A DNA stretch of 64,000 nt, from positions 114,439 through 178,438 of IMG/VR virus record IMGVR_UViG_3300011242_000001. One strand, written 5' to 3'. Origin of the DNA: a virus (lineage: Duplodnaviria > Heunggongvirae > Uroviricota > Caudoviricetes). The notes under the pieces were generated by a model. It ran no database searches. It saw only the letters and a list, made by a program, of their open reading frames with translations, and had not been told where the DNA came from. Below are positions 28,678-38,353 of this stretch, one piece after another; the stretch's first letter is position 1; each line of letters opens with the position of its first letter. The translations under genes were made by a program, and so were the position numbers.

Positions 28678-31600
28678 ATGAAATTTAATTTTGCCCCTTA
28701 CAGCGATACTTTTTCAGAGGATGAAAACTTTTATAAGTTTTTATATAAACCTGGATACGAAGTACAAGCTCGTGAACTCAATGCGATGCAATCAATGTTG
28801 CAAAACCAAATTGCTTCTATTGGTAACCATTTATTTAAAAATGGTGCAAAAATTTCAGGGTGCTCAAATTCATTCGTGCAATATGATTATGTACGTTTAA
28901 ATGAAGTATATAATGATCAATTAATTAAATTGGCTCCATATAATAATAGAGAAATTACTTTAATTGGTGTTGTTTCTGGCGTAGAAGCAACTATTATTGA
29001 TGTGACTGAACAAACAAAAGATGATGCACCGTGCCTAATTGTTATCTATACAAAAACTGGTGTTGATAATGTTCAATCAACATTTATTCCTGGCGAAGAT
29101 ATTGTCTTTGTAGATTCTAATAATGTGACTGTTTATGCCGCAACCGTTCGTTGCCCATCTTGCCCGGAAAATACTACTGCTGATTTAGTACCACCTATTG
29201 GTAAAACATTAATATTCAATATTGATGAAGGTATATTTTATTATAATGGTTACTTTGTTAAAGTTCATAATCATCATATTATCATTGAAAAATATTTGAC
29301 TAAAAATGATGAAGGCGGTATTGTATCTAATCGTACATATCAAGTTGCATTAGATATTACTGAATCAATCGTTACTGCCCAAGATGATGAATCATTATAT
29401 GATCCACATTTAGGTTATCCTAACTATGCGGCAGAAGGCGCCGATCGATACAAGATTTCATTAGAATTGGCTATTCTTCCTTATGAAGATGCGGGTGATG
29501 ACACTAGCTATATTACTCTAGCAAAAGTTCGTCAGAATCATACAGTTGAATATAAAAAAGATGATACTGAATATGCCGATATTATGAAAGAATTGGCACG
29601 CCGTACTTATGAATCATCTGGTAACTTTGCTAATATTCCTTGGAAAGCTCATTTTTTACATGAAAAGAAAAAAACGACTGCTGATACTCAAGGTTGGACC
29701 ACTAATGGTAAAGATGGTAATTTTGTTGCCGTTGTGTCACCTGGTAATGGCTATGTAAAAGGTTACCGAGTATCAAATAATAGCGATACTATTGTAGTTG
29801 GTCGTAAAACTCGTGATACTAAAAAATTACGTGGTGCGGCTGTATCTATTCCAGAATGTACCAATATTACTGTTACTGTAAATGATAGTATTTCTTGGAT
29901 TAATCATAATGGTACGTCTACTCTTACAGATCAAACATTCAATATTTTAGATGCTGAAAATAAATCAATTGGCGCTTTTAAAGCATACGATATCTATAAA
30001 ATAGGTGATAAAACTTATAAGATTTATTTGTACGATCTTAAAATGGTAGCCGGTAAATTATTATCTGCTGGTAAAAGTGTTTCTGTAGCTGATATGTCAT
30101 TTAAAGCAACTATTACAGGCGTATTAAATTTAGAAAGTGCAAATAATACATCTTTATTATTCCCATTAGGTTATTCATCAATTAAAACTGTTCGTGATAA
30201 TGACAATAATAATAATGGTAATACATCAGTTGAAGTTCGTCGTAAATTTACCGGTGTATTAGATAGTAGTGGCAATATCACATTTACCGCTGGTAGTAAT
30301 GAAGCATTTGTTTCACCGGCGGCGGCTAACCCTATTTGTTGGGTAGGATCAAATCCTACTGGTGTAAGTATTGCAATTACATCAAACGCATATACTTATA
30401 CAAGCAGTACATTAAGTCTTAAATTAGGTGGTTCTCACGCTGGCAAAAATATAAACTTTGTTACTACTGTTGCTAGAACTTCACAACTAGAAAAGACTAA
30501 GACATTAACACGTCATTCTTATACATTATCTGCGAAGCCTCCATCAGATACAAATACTGTAATCACATTACCTCATGCAGATGGATATAGATTGGATAGT
30601 GTTAAACTAATTTCTATTAGTGACACTGAAATGAATGAGGATATCACTAATGAATATGTATTCAATGATGGTCAAACGGATAATTTTTATACTGCTGCAA
30701 CATTAACTCGTACCGGTGCGCGTATTTTTAATAATGACGACCGTTTAATTATCACATATTACTATTTTGAGCATAGTGGTAATGCACCATTTTTCACTGT
30801 AGATTCTTATAGCCAATTGGTTAACGATCCTGATTTAGATTTAGAATATAGTGATATACCAACATATACCGATAAAAATGGAACAGTTCATCGCTTAGCT
30901 GAATATATCGATTTCCGGTCTATTAAATTGACATCATTCAGTAACACTGCATTAATACCAACATTTAACTCAACTGTTATTTTTGATGTTGAATATTATT
31001 TGGCTCGTAATGACTTACTGTTAGTAGATGAAAATAGTAACTTCTATTTTAAAGAAGGTATTCCTAGTGAAAACCCAATTTTACCTACTTTAGATGAAAA
31101 CTCAATGGGCTTGTATGAAGTTTATCTTGCTCCATATGTGTATTCAATGGATGATGTTAAAGTAAAATATATTGATAATAAATCATTTAGCATGAAAGAT
31201 ATTGCTCGTTTATTCAAACGTGTTGATAATCTTGAATATGCAATTTCATTATCAATGCTTGAACAGCAAACTCTTAATATGTCTATTAAAGATACAAATG
31301 GATTCGATCGATATAAAAATGGATTCCTGGTAGATAACTTTAAAGGATATTATGCAGCTGATGTAAATCATACAGACTTTAAAGCGGCGCTCGATCGTAC
31401 TAAAGGCCATCTACGACCTCAATTTAAACAAAATAATATTCGTTTAAAATTTGATCCAACTGAATCAACTAATATCGTTAGATTCGGTAATATGGCTATT
31501 ACTAAATTTGAGCATGACTTATTTATTCAAAACCCGTATTCAACACAATCATTATCAATTAACCCATATATGGTGTTTAGACGTAATGGTCAAATGTCCA

Positions 31601-34305
31601 TTTCACCAAATATTGACACATGGTCTGATGATACTCAATTACCAAATATGGTTACAGATATTGATACTGGTGTTGATGCCTTAAAACAAGTAGCTGATGC
31701 AGCAAAATTACTTGGCACTGATTATAGCTCGTGGGTAGATTTTAACTCATCTATTATTGATGAGCAGGTTGAAACTAATACAAGCGCATCTTGGAATTGG
31801 AGAACTTCGGTTCAAACAATTAAAACACAGACGGTTCAAACCGATAGTGCCCGTAATAAAACTGTTACGTCTGTTGGTTCAGAAACTCAATCTTATACAA
31901 TCGATGATATTGTTAAAGATGTAAGTATTATTCCGTATATCAGAAGTCGTATTGTACAATTCTATGCAACTAATCTTAAACCAAATACTCAGATTTATGC
32001 ATATTTTGACGGTATGAATGTTACGTCTCATTGTCGACCAGTCACACAAATATCGGGTACCTCTAATAGTGCAATTTTTGGAGCTACTCCATTAATTACA
32101 GATGCCGAAGGTAATCTTGTTGGCGAATTCCGCATACCGGCAAATACATTTTTTACAGGTGAAAAGAAATTTGTATTGTCGAATGATAAAACAAATAGTG
32201 GCAATCCAGATGTGGAAACAACAAGATGTGAAGCTACTTATTTCGCCGGAGGCGTTGCTCAATCTAAACAGTCTTCTACATTAAACGTTGTTACTCCTAC
32301 ATTTAATCGCACAACTACTGTTGAGAATAAGTCTACAACATCAGTTAACCGTGATGTATCAGTTGTATCATTTTTAAATAGCAACCCATCAGTTATTATT
32401 TCTAGTTTTTCTGGTCCTAATATTCCAGATATGCCAGACTGGGAGGGTCGTCGTGACTGGCACTTCCACTGGATGTTCAACGGTACAAGATGGGTATGGG
32501 ATCCAATTGCTCAAGGTTTTAAAGTAGATCAATCATGCTTTATTTCTAAAGTTGGTGTATACTTTGCAACGGTCGATACTAATGCCGATATTATTTGGTT
32601 TGAAATTCGTGAAATGGTTAATGGATATCCTTCAAATGAAGGAATTGCACGTCGCGAAGTTAAAGCTAGTTCATTAGCTAGCTTTGCATCTGATAATGCC
32701 GATATTGAATATCAGGTTGAATTCCCGGTACCAGTATATGTTGATGCTAATAAAACATATGCATTTGTAATTGGTGGATTCTCGCCTGAAACGCGCGTAT
32801 ATATTTCTACATTAGGTAAACCATTATTGAATCAGCCTGATGTAATTCTTGAGCAACCGCCTCTTGGCTATACTATGTTCCGCTCTTTAAATGGCGAAAC
32901 TTGGAATGCTCAACAGTTCGATACTATGAAAATTAATATCTATCGTTGTGTGTTTGACATGAGCGGAACTACTTTTAAATTCAATACTGAAAATGTTGAC
33001 GCATTTAGTATGACATGCGACTCTACGCCTATTGAAATGGAAACAGGTTCTAAATTAGTTCGTATCTATGCTAAGAATCATAGCTTAAGAGAAGGCGATA
33101 AATTTGTTCTTGATTTCAGTAAAAATAAAATTTATAAAGTTGAATTGACAGCTGGTATTCCACAGATTGGTCAAACAATTAAAACTGATACGGCCGAAGC
33201 TGTTATTCGCGATATTCGTATTAATACAGCAGATGAATATGAAATAATGGTTGAACAATTAGTTGGTACATTTGAGCTGAATCAAACATTTAATTGTGAA
33301 GCTAAAGCATATGAATTCCGTGATACTTACATTATGAATGACATGGGTATCAATGCTAGCAATATTACACAGAATAGTGCGGATGGTAAAATTATAGCAA
33401 TTAGTAATTATACTGCTGGTAGCACAACAGGTGGATTGCCAACATCTGTTTTGGCTAAACAACATACTGTAAAAACAGTTGATTCATTAGATTCATTTAT
33501 TATTCAAATTTCACAAAATGCAGTTGAAACCGGCCGTTTTGGTAATGACTCAATTGTGATTAATGGTAATAATATTAAATTTGATATGTTCAACGTAGCA
33601 GGTCAATGCTTAACATATGATTCAAATACAGCATGGTATGCAAATACATATAAAGCAAGCGGCTCATTTGGTAATAGAATGGATATTACACCACTTGCTG
33701 ATAATTATGTATCTGAAGCATGTATTGCATTATCGGCAATCAATGAAAAAGCAACTGTTGGTATCGGTAATAGTTTTACAATTGAAGTTACTTCTAAATT
33801 AAGCAGCCCATATGTAAGCCCTGTATTTAATACAGATTCATTCTCAGTGACAACTGTATCTAACCGAATTGAAGATATTAATGCATTAAACTATAATGTT
33901 GCACCAAATGCAGCAAATAGATTTATACCAGAAACTAAAAACTTTGGTAGTGAAATTTATAAGCATATCTCAACTAAGGTATTATTAGAAAATGCTGCTC
34001 TTGATATGAGAATTATCTTTGATGTATTCTGCGCTAATACAAGTAATTTTGATGTATATGTAAAATTATTAAATTCTGCAGAAGAAGATGAAACTTTAGT
34101 AGATTGGATAAGAATTGATAAATACGATAAGGTACGTGTGAATAATACAGATTTTGTTGAATATGATTTAACTTTATCTAAACATTGTACGCTATGGACC
34201 GATACAACACAATACGTGTCATATCGTGTTAAATTAGTAGGTCGGGGAACAAATTCAAGTCAACCGGTCATATTCCAAAATCTAAGAGCCATTGCTATAA
34301 CATGA
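28678..34305 (+). CDS. large virion structural protein (DUF4815/VrlC-like), paralogue B
   Basis: colinear with 22604..28600 over its full length. Confidence 0.85.
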   Translation: MKFNFAPYSDTFSEDENFYKFLYKPGYEVQARELNAMQSMLQNQIASIGNHLFKNGAKISGCSNSFVQYDYVRLNEVYNDQLIKLAPYNNREITLIGVVSGVEATIIDVTEQTKDDAPCLIVIYTKTGVDNVQSTFIPGEDIVFVDSNNVTVYAATVRCPSCPENTTADLVPPIGKTLIFNIDEGIFYYNGYFVKVHNHHIIIEKYLTKNDEGGIVSNRTYQVALDITESIVTAQDDESLYDPHLGYPNYAAEGADRYKISLELAILPYEDAGDDTSYITLAKVRQNHTVEYKKDDTEYADIMKELARRTYESSGNFANIPWKAHFLHEKKKTTADTQGWTTNGKDGNFVAVVSPGNGYVKGYRVSNNSDTIVVGRKTRDTKKLRGAAVSIPECTNITVTVNDSISWINHNGTSTLTDQTFNILDAENKSIGAFKAYDIYKIGDKTYKIYLYDLKMVAGKLLSAGKSVSVADMSFKATITGVLNLESANNTSLLFPLGYSSIKTVRDNDNNNNGNTSVEVRRKFTGVLDSSGNITFTAGSNEAFVSPAAANPICWVGSNPTGVSIAITSNAYTYTSSTLSLKLGGSHAGKNINFVTTVARTSQLEKTKTLTRHSYTLSAKPPSDTNTVITLPHADGYRLDSVKLISISDTEMNEDITNEYVFNDGQTDNFYTAATLTRTGARIFNNDDRLIITYYYFEHSGNAPFFTVDSYSQLVNDPDLDLEYSDIPTYTDKNGTVHRLAEYIDFRSIKLTSFSNTALIPTFNSTVIFDVEYYLARNDLLLVDENSNFYFKEGIPSENPILPTLDENSMGLYEVYLAPYVYSMDDVKVKYIDNKSFSMKDIARLFKRVDNLEYAISLSMLEQQTLNMSIKDTNGFDRYKNGFLVDNFKGYYAADVNHTDFKAALDRTKGHLRPQFKQNNIRLKFDPTESTNIVRFGNMAITKFEHDLFIQNPYSTQSLSINPYMVFRRNGQMSISPNIDTWSDDTQLPNMVTDIDTGVDALKQVADAAKLLGTDYSSWVDFNSSIIDEQVETNTSASWNWRTSVQTIKTQTVQTDSARNKTVTSVGSETQSYTIDDIVKDVSIIPYIRSRIVQFYATNLKPNTQIYAYFDGMNVTSHCRPVTQISGTSNSAIFGATPLITDAEGNLVGEFRIPANTFFTGEKKFVLSNDKTNSGNPDVETTRCEATYFAGGVAQSKQSSTLNVVTPTFNRTTTVENKSTTSVNRDVSVVSFLNSNPSVIISSFSGPNIPDMPDWEGRRDWHFHWMFNGTRWVWDPIAQGFKVDQSCFISKVGVYFATVDTNADIIWFEIREMVNGYPSNEGIARREVKASSLASFASDNADIEYQVEFPVPVYVDANKTYAFVIGGFSPETRVYISTLGKPLLNQPDVILEQPPLGYTMFRSLNGETWNAQQFDTMKINIYRCVFDMSGTTFKFNTENVDAFSMTCDSTPIEMETGSKLVRIYAKNHSLREGDKFVLDFSKNKIYKVELTAGIPQIGQTIKTDTAEAVIRDIRINTADEYEIMVEQLVGTFELNQTFNCEAKAYEFRDTYIMNDMGINASNITQNSADGKIIAISNYTAGSTTGGLPTSVLAKQHTVKTVDSLDSFIIQISQNAVETGRFGNDSIVINGNNIKFDMFNVAGQCLTYDSNTAWYANTYKASGSFGNRMDITPLADNYVSEACIALSAINEKATVGIGNSFTIEVTSKLSSPYVSPVFNTDSFSVTTVSNRIEDINALNYNVAPNAANRFIPETKNFGSEIYKHISTKVLLENAALDMRIIFDVFCANTSNFDVYVKLLNSAEEDETLVDWIRIDKYDKVRVNNTDFVEYDLTLSKHCTLWTDTTQYVSYRVKLVGRGTNSSQPVIFQNLRAIAIT

Positions 34306-34520
34306 TAAATGACAAAAAAATAAAAGATCAACCGGGCCTCGTTAAACGCGAGGCTTCGGTCGTTAATACAAATAAAGAAGAATATTTGGCGGCTTTGCAG
34401 CGTCGTCAGAAAGAACAACAATTAGACTCTATTATAGAGAGAACTAAAACATTAGAAACTAAAGTTGAAGACATCGATGAAAAGTTGAATTTAATTCTAG
34501 AACTATTAAAGGGGAAATAA
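34302..34520 (+). CDS. small coiled-coil protein
   Basis: ATGA overlap with upstream gene; heptad-like C-terminus. Confidence 0.75.
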   Translation: MINDKKIKDQPGLVKREASVVNTNKEEYLAALQRRQKEQQLDSIIERTKTLETKVEDIDEKLNLILELLKGK

Positions 34521-34521
34521 T

Positions 34522-34731
34522 GTGTCAGAGTATACAAAAGAACAAATAGAACGATGGTGCAAACAATGTGGAATTAATATCCATCAATGTTTTGCTGATA
34601 TTGAACAAATCAATAAACAGCTTGATAAAAATCCAAAAATTAAAAATAAAGATACAATTACAAAGCTAATGCATAATGCAGAAGACTTAATTAAAAATAA
34701 AGGAATAATTGAATATGAGACAAATAATTAA
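34522..34731 (+). CDS. hypothetical protein
   Basis: fills the operon gap; GTG start. Confidence 0.55.
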   Translation: MSEYTKEQIERWCKQCGINIHQCFADIEQINKQLDKNPKIKNKDTITKLMHNAEDLIKNKGIIEYETNN

Positions 34732-35479
34732 TTCACGATTTGACTTTGTTCAATATTGCTTACGAAAATTAGGTGCTCCTATTATTCGAATTAATATTAC
34801 AGAACAACAGATCGATGATCGCATCAATGATGCATTAGATATGTTTTTCCAATTTCACATGGATGGTAGTTATCGTGGTGTATATGTACATACATTAAAT
34901 GAAAACGATGTTGCGGCTAAAAAAATTATTTTACCAGAAACTATTATGTCAGTGTTAAGCGTTTTTCTTACAACAGACGCAACTACAAATTCAATGACAG
35001 CTGGTAATAACTTGCAGATGCAAGCCTACTTCTCAGACCTTATCTCAAAAACATATAACCAAGGTGATATTTCATCTTATACGATTTCTCAATCATACTT
35101 TAATACATTGTCAAGCGTTATGCCAAACGGTATTTCACGCGTAACATCATATAGTATATATGAAAATGCTTTAACTATTCCAGACTTTAAATGGAAAACT
35201 GCTAAATTAGGTATGCTAATTGGATTAGACTGTTATCAGTTTGCCGATCCAGATACTGTTGGGAAAGTATTTAATGACTATTGGCTTAAACAATATGCCA
35301 CTGCATTAATTAAATTACAATGGGGTCAAAATATTAGTAAATTTACCAATATTGCATTACCAGGTGGTGGTACTTTAAATGGTGATAATTTAGTACAACA
35401 AGCAATGCAAGAAATTTCAGACCTTGAAATTAAATTACAAAATCAATATAGCTTACCAATCAGTCCTTTTATGGGCTAA
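34715..35479 (+). CDS. gp13: neck protein (gp13-like)
   Basis: YCLRKLGAPIIRINIT.QQIDD.I.DAL, WLKQYATALIK.QWGQN..KF, LPGG.TLNG. Confidence 0.93.
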   Translation: MRQIINSRFDFVQYCLRKLGAPIIRINITEQQIDDRINDALDMFFQFHMDGSYRGVYVHTLNENDVAAKKIILPETIMSVLSVFLTTDATTNSMTAGNNLQMQAYFSDLISKTYNQGDISSYTISQSYFNTLSSVMPNGISRVTSYSIYENALTIPDFKWKTAKLGMLIGLDCYQFADPDTVGKVFNDYWLKQYATALIKLQWGQNISKFTNIALPGGGTLNGDNLVQQAMQEISDLEIKLQNQYSLPISPFMG

Positions 35480-35491
35480 TTATGTTACACC

Positions 35492-35569
35492 ATTCGCTCT
35501 ATATGGAACAATTAAACCAGTTATAGTAAAATCTATATCTAACTATATAAAACTCCATATAGAGCGAAT
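35492..35569. other. 16-bp perfect inverted repeat between convergent genes
   Basis: ATTCGCTCTATATGGA (35492..35507) and TCCATATAGAGCGAAT (35554..35569). Confidence 0.8.
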
Positions 35570-35577
35570 ATGATCAA

Positions 35578-35955
35578 TTAAGGATTGTTATTCCTATTCC
35601 GTACTAACTCCACAACTTTTTTACATTGACTAACATTAAACATTCCAATATGGCAATATTTCGATTCAATTCCCATTTGTTCTGATAGCCATTGATATGC
35701 TTTACCGCGAGACATTGTGCCGCTTTTCCATAAAGGATCAAACGCTTCATGCGCTTTTGATTTAGCTCGACGTAGTTCAGCATTAGCAAGACGACCTAAA
35801 GGTTGATCCGTTAAACTATGTGTACCAACCCATGCATTATCTGCCCCGCACATATAAAATAATTTATTATATAAATCGGGTCGATGTGGATAAACTTTTT
35901 CGCCTGTTACTAATTCAGACTCATATCCGCAATAAGGACAAATTGGATTACCCAT
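35578..35955 (-). CDS. zinc-finger protein (DUF3268-like)
   Basis: CPYCG, WVGTH, PLGRLANAELR, AH.AFDPLW, CHIGMF. Confidence 0.85.
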   Translation of the reverse strand: MGNPICPYCGYESELVTGEKVYPHRPDLYNKLFYMCGADNAWVGTHSLTDQPLGRLANAELRRAKSKAHEAFDPLWKSGTMSRGKAYQWLSEQMGIESKYCHIGMFNVSQCKKVVELVRNRNNNP

Positions 35956-35958
35956 ATC

Positions 35959-36189
35959 TTACTCCACCATTTCAATATTATCAATTTTTAAATTTGTGGT
36001 GTATCCACTTTTATCTTTTACAGATACATATTTTTCAGTAACTAGTTCAAGAAATAAGTCTTCTGTCATTTGATAAGATTGATTTAATCGATCATAAACG
36101 GCTTTAGTCGTTTCATCAGGCGTGATAAATAAAACTTCATCAAATGAATATGTGCATTCATCCGAATACATAATGAATATACCTTTCAT
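35959..36189 (-). CDS. hypothetical protein
   Basis: AGGA RBS; early promoter at 36248..36220. Confidence 0.7.
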   Translation of the reverse strand: MKGIFIMYSDECTYSFDEVLFITPDETTKAVYDRLNQSYQMTEDLFLELVTEKYVSVKDKSGYTTNLKIDNIEMVE

Positions 36190-36219
36190 GATATTTCCTA
36201 CAATTAGGTTGTTACCATA

Positions 36220-36248
36220 ATTATATATTACTTATTTTTGTATGTACA
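36220..36248 (-). promoter_or_regulatory. early promoter TGTACA-N17-TATAAT
   Basis: exact motif on the minus strand. Confidence 0.7.
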
Positions 36249-36393
36249 TTCTTTTATTATTTTTCTTTTTTACTTTCTTCTGAGTATGACTATCCCCATT
36301 GTATCCATGGTGAATAAGAAATTAAAAAAATATAAGAATGAAGAGACATATAAAAAAGAAATAAAGAACATAAAATTTAATAATAAATTATTC

Positions 36394-37000
36394 ATTTCAT
36401 AAAAATAATAAATGACTATTAATAAAGAAATACATAATTGTATAACTCTATATTAGCCATTTTTATAATTATTATTTTATGAAATTTACATGGAGAGCCC
36501 AACAATGCTCGCATCAATCAATTATAGTAAATTGAAATTGCTACAATGGTTTATCCCAAAAGGTTTGACCTTTATACTCTTTGCCATAGAGTATGCATCC
36601 TAATACCATTTTTTAGAGGCTGGTATTACAAATGAAATTAACAATACTTATTTGACTTCCATTTATGGAATGTCATGAAGTGCTTGTCACTTCAATATCT
36701 GAGCAGTAGTTATTAACCTACGTATATCAGATCATAGACTACGGTTGGTATGGCGGATTTTAGAAAACTTACTAGCTACAATATCTTTCTAAAATCTGTA
36801 CTCTTAATCGAGTCTTCATCTATGTTGACGGTGACCTCAACCTGCTTTCACAGGACACCACGTCGTCTGTTGTCAGGGGTAGACAGTGCAGACACTTTAT
36901 TTTGTTAGTAGCATCAGTATTTCAACTAATTTTCATAATACCTATTATTTCGCGCCCGGTAATATGTAAAGGCAGGCTGCAGATTATATCTGAGACTTAT
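36394..37000. ncRNA. candidate large structured ncRNA (alternatively a hairpin-rich origin)
   Basis: no ORF of 60 aa or more; over ten nearly contiguous stem-loops; TATAAATA on the minus strand at 37012..37005. Confidence 0.55.
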
Positions 37001-37068
37001 GTACTATTTATATCATATTTTTACTATAAAATACATATATAATTAAAAAAAGAGCCGAAGCCCTTCTT

Positions 37069-37812
37069 TTATTTTAACGCTTTAACAATTTCATCATAAA
37101 TTTCGTCAGTGACAGCCAGGCATTTACCTGATAACCAACATTCATGATTAGTTTGTTTAGGGGCAGTAGAGCCAGTATAAAAATTAAATCCTATTGAGTT
37201 AAAGTCAAAAATATTTTTTAATTCAAGCTCAATAGATTTAATATCCAGGTCTGCGTCTTTGAATAATTTTAAAAAATCTTCCATATCACGATCAAGATCA
37301 TCTTCATCGGTATCGCGTAATTTTTTCAATAAATTTAATGTATCTTTTACAATTTGATCGTATGATTTATCATTGATATCTAATCGTGAATATAAAGCCG
37401 AAAAATCTTCAAATGTCATATCAACCTTAGAATTAAGGTCTACATACCAAAGATCTTCTTTACCGGTATTACCAATTTGTGCATCGTCAAATGGAATAAT
37501 ACGTCGACTTATCCCAAATGTGTCAGACGTTCCAGACTCACCAGTCATAATAAATGATTTTGATCTCATTGGTAAATCTTTCTCACCTAAAAACTTATCT
37601 AAAATTATAGTATAATGATTAGATGTATTGGCAGATCGTCTTACTGTACTAGATGTATCCATGAGATAGCAATCATCATCAAAGTTACCACCACGCCATA
37701 ATTCTACATGCAATGATTTAGAGCAATATTTTTTGACAATTTCAATTGCCTTTTCAAGAGTAATTGATTGTTTGTGTTTTTCTGATTCATTTAAAAATGA
37801 TGCAAAGTTCAT
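37069..37812 (-). CDS. putative internal head protein with ART-like motifs; paralogue of 10148..10903
   Basis: MNFASFLNES; LWRG, NHYT, PMRSKS, HECW; ATTAAATA at 37840..37833. Confidence 0.6.
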   Translation of the reverse strand: MNFASFLNESEKHKQSITLEKAIEIVKKYCSKSLHVELWRGGNFDDDCYLMDTSSTVRRSANTSNHYTIILDKFLGEKDLPMRSKSFIMTGESGTSDTFGISRRIIPFDDAQIGNTGKEDLWYVDLNSKVDMTFEDFSALYSRLDINDKSYDQIVKDTLNLLKKLRDTDEDDLDRDMEDFLKLFKDADLDIKSIELELKNIFDFNSIGFNFYTGSTAPKQTNHECWLSGKCLAVTDEIYDEIVKALK

Positions 37813-37874
37813 TGGATTCTCGATTTTTTAATTATTTAATGATATTTAATTACATATATAAGCAATTAAATGTA

Positions 37875-37903
37875 TGTACAATCTATATTCTATAATATAT
37901 GAT
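37875..37903 (+). promoter_or_regulatory. early promoter TGTACA-N17-TATGAT
   Basis: motif match. Confidence 0.65.
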
Positions 37904-37927
37904 TAGATTTTTATAGGGATCATTGCC

Positions 37928-38353
37928 ATGAATTTAGAAACTATTAATACAATGATTAAAAAACGGGAAAGTGAAATCTCTTTCTTAAAAAAAGCGAGAC
38001 TTGCTATTACAGATAAAGCTTTTTATACAATTGCCACAGAATTGGATATTAAAAATTATTCATTGGTTGAAGCTCTATATAGTAATTCTTTAACGAAAAG
38101 CTATACACAAGAGTCAATGACAGACTTTAATGATCTTTTCCATAAATTGAAAAATGCAAATTATCTAGGCCATTATACACTTGATCAATATTTAGAAAAT
38201 GGCATTGTCATTAATAAGCAGTTTATTGACTCTTTGGATAAAGATGAAATTCTTCGATTCAATGCTAGTGGCTCACCTGCATTAGTTGAAAAGTTTGAAT
38301 TAGTATTTGAAGAGCTAATGACCGAATATTGCAAAACAAATCAATGTCCTTAA
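37928..38353 (+). CDS. hypothetical protein
   Basis: AGGGA RBS behind an early promoter. Confidence 0.75.
   Translation: MNLETINTMIKKRESEISFLKKARLAITDKAFYTIATELDIKNYSLVEALYSNSLTKSYTQESMTDFNDLFHKLKNANYLGHYTLDQYLENGIVINKQFIDSLDKDEILRFNASGSPALVEKFELVFEELMTEYCKTNQCP

Noticed and set aside
18356..33802. Short alternate-frame and antisense ORFs inside the baseplate and giant structural genes
   Set aside because: Expected shadows of long coding sequences; no RBS or motif support
36190..37068. CRISPR array, group I/II intron or retron in the large gap
   Set aside because: No repeat-spacer periodicity, no interrupted gene, no recognisable catalytic-core signature and no reverse transcriptase gene in the window
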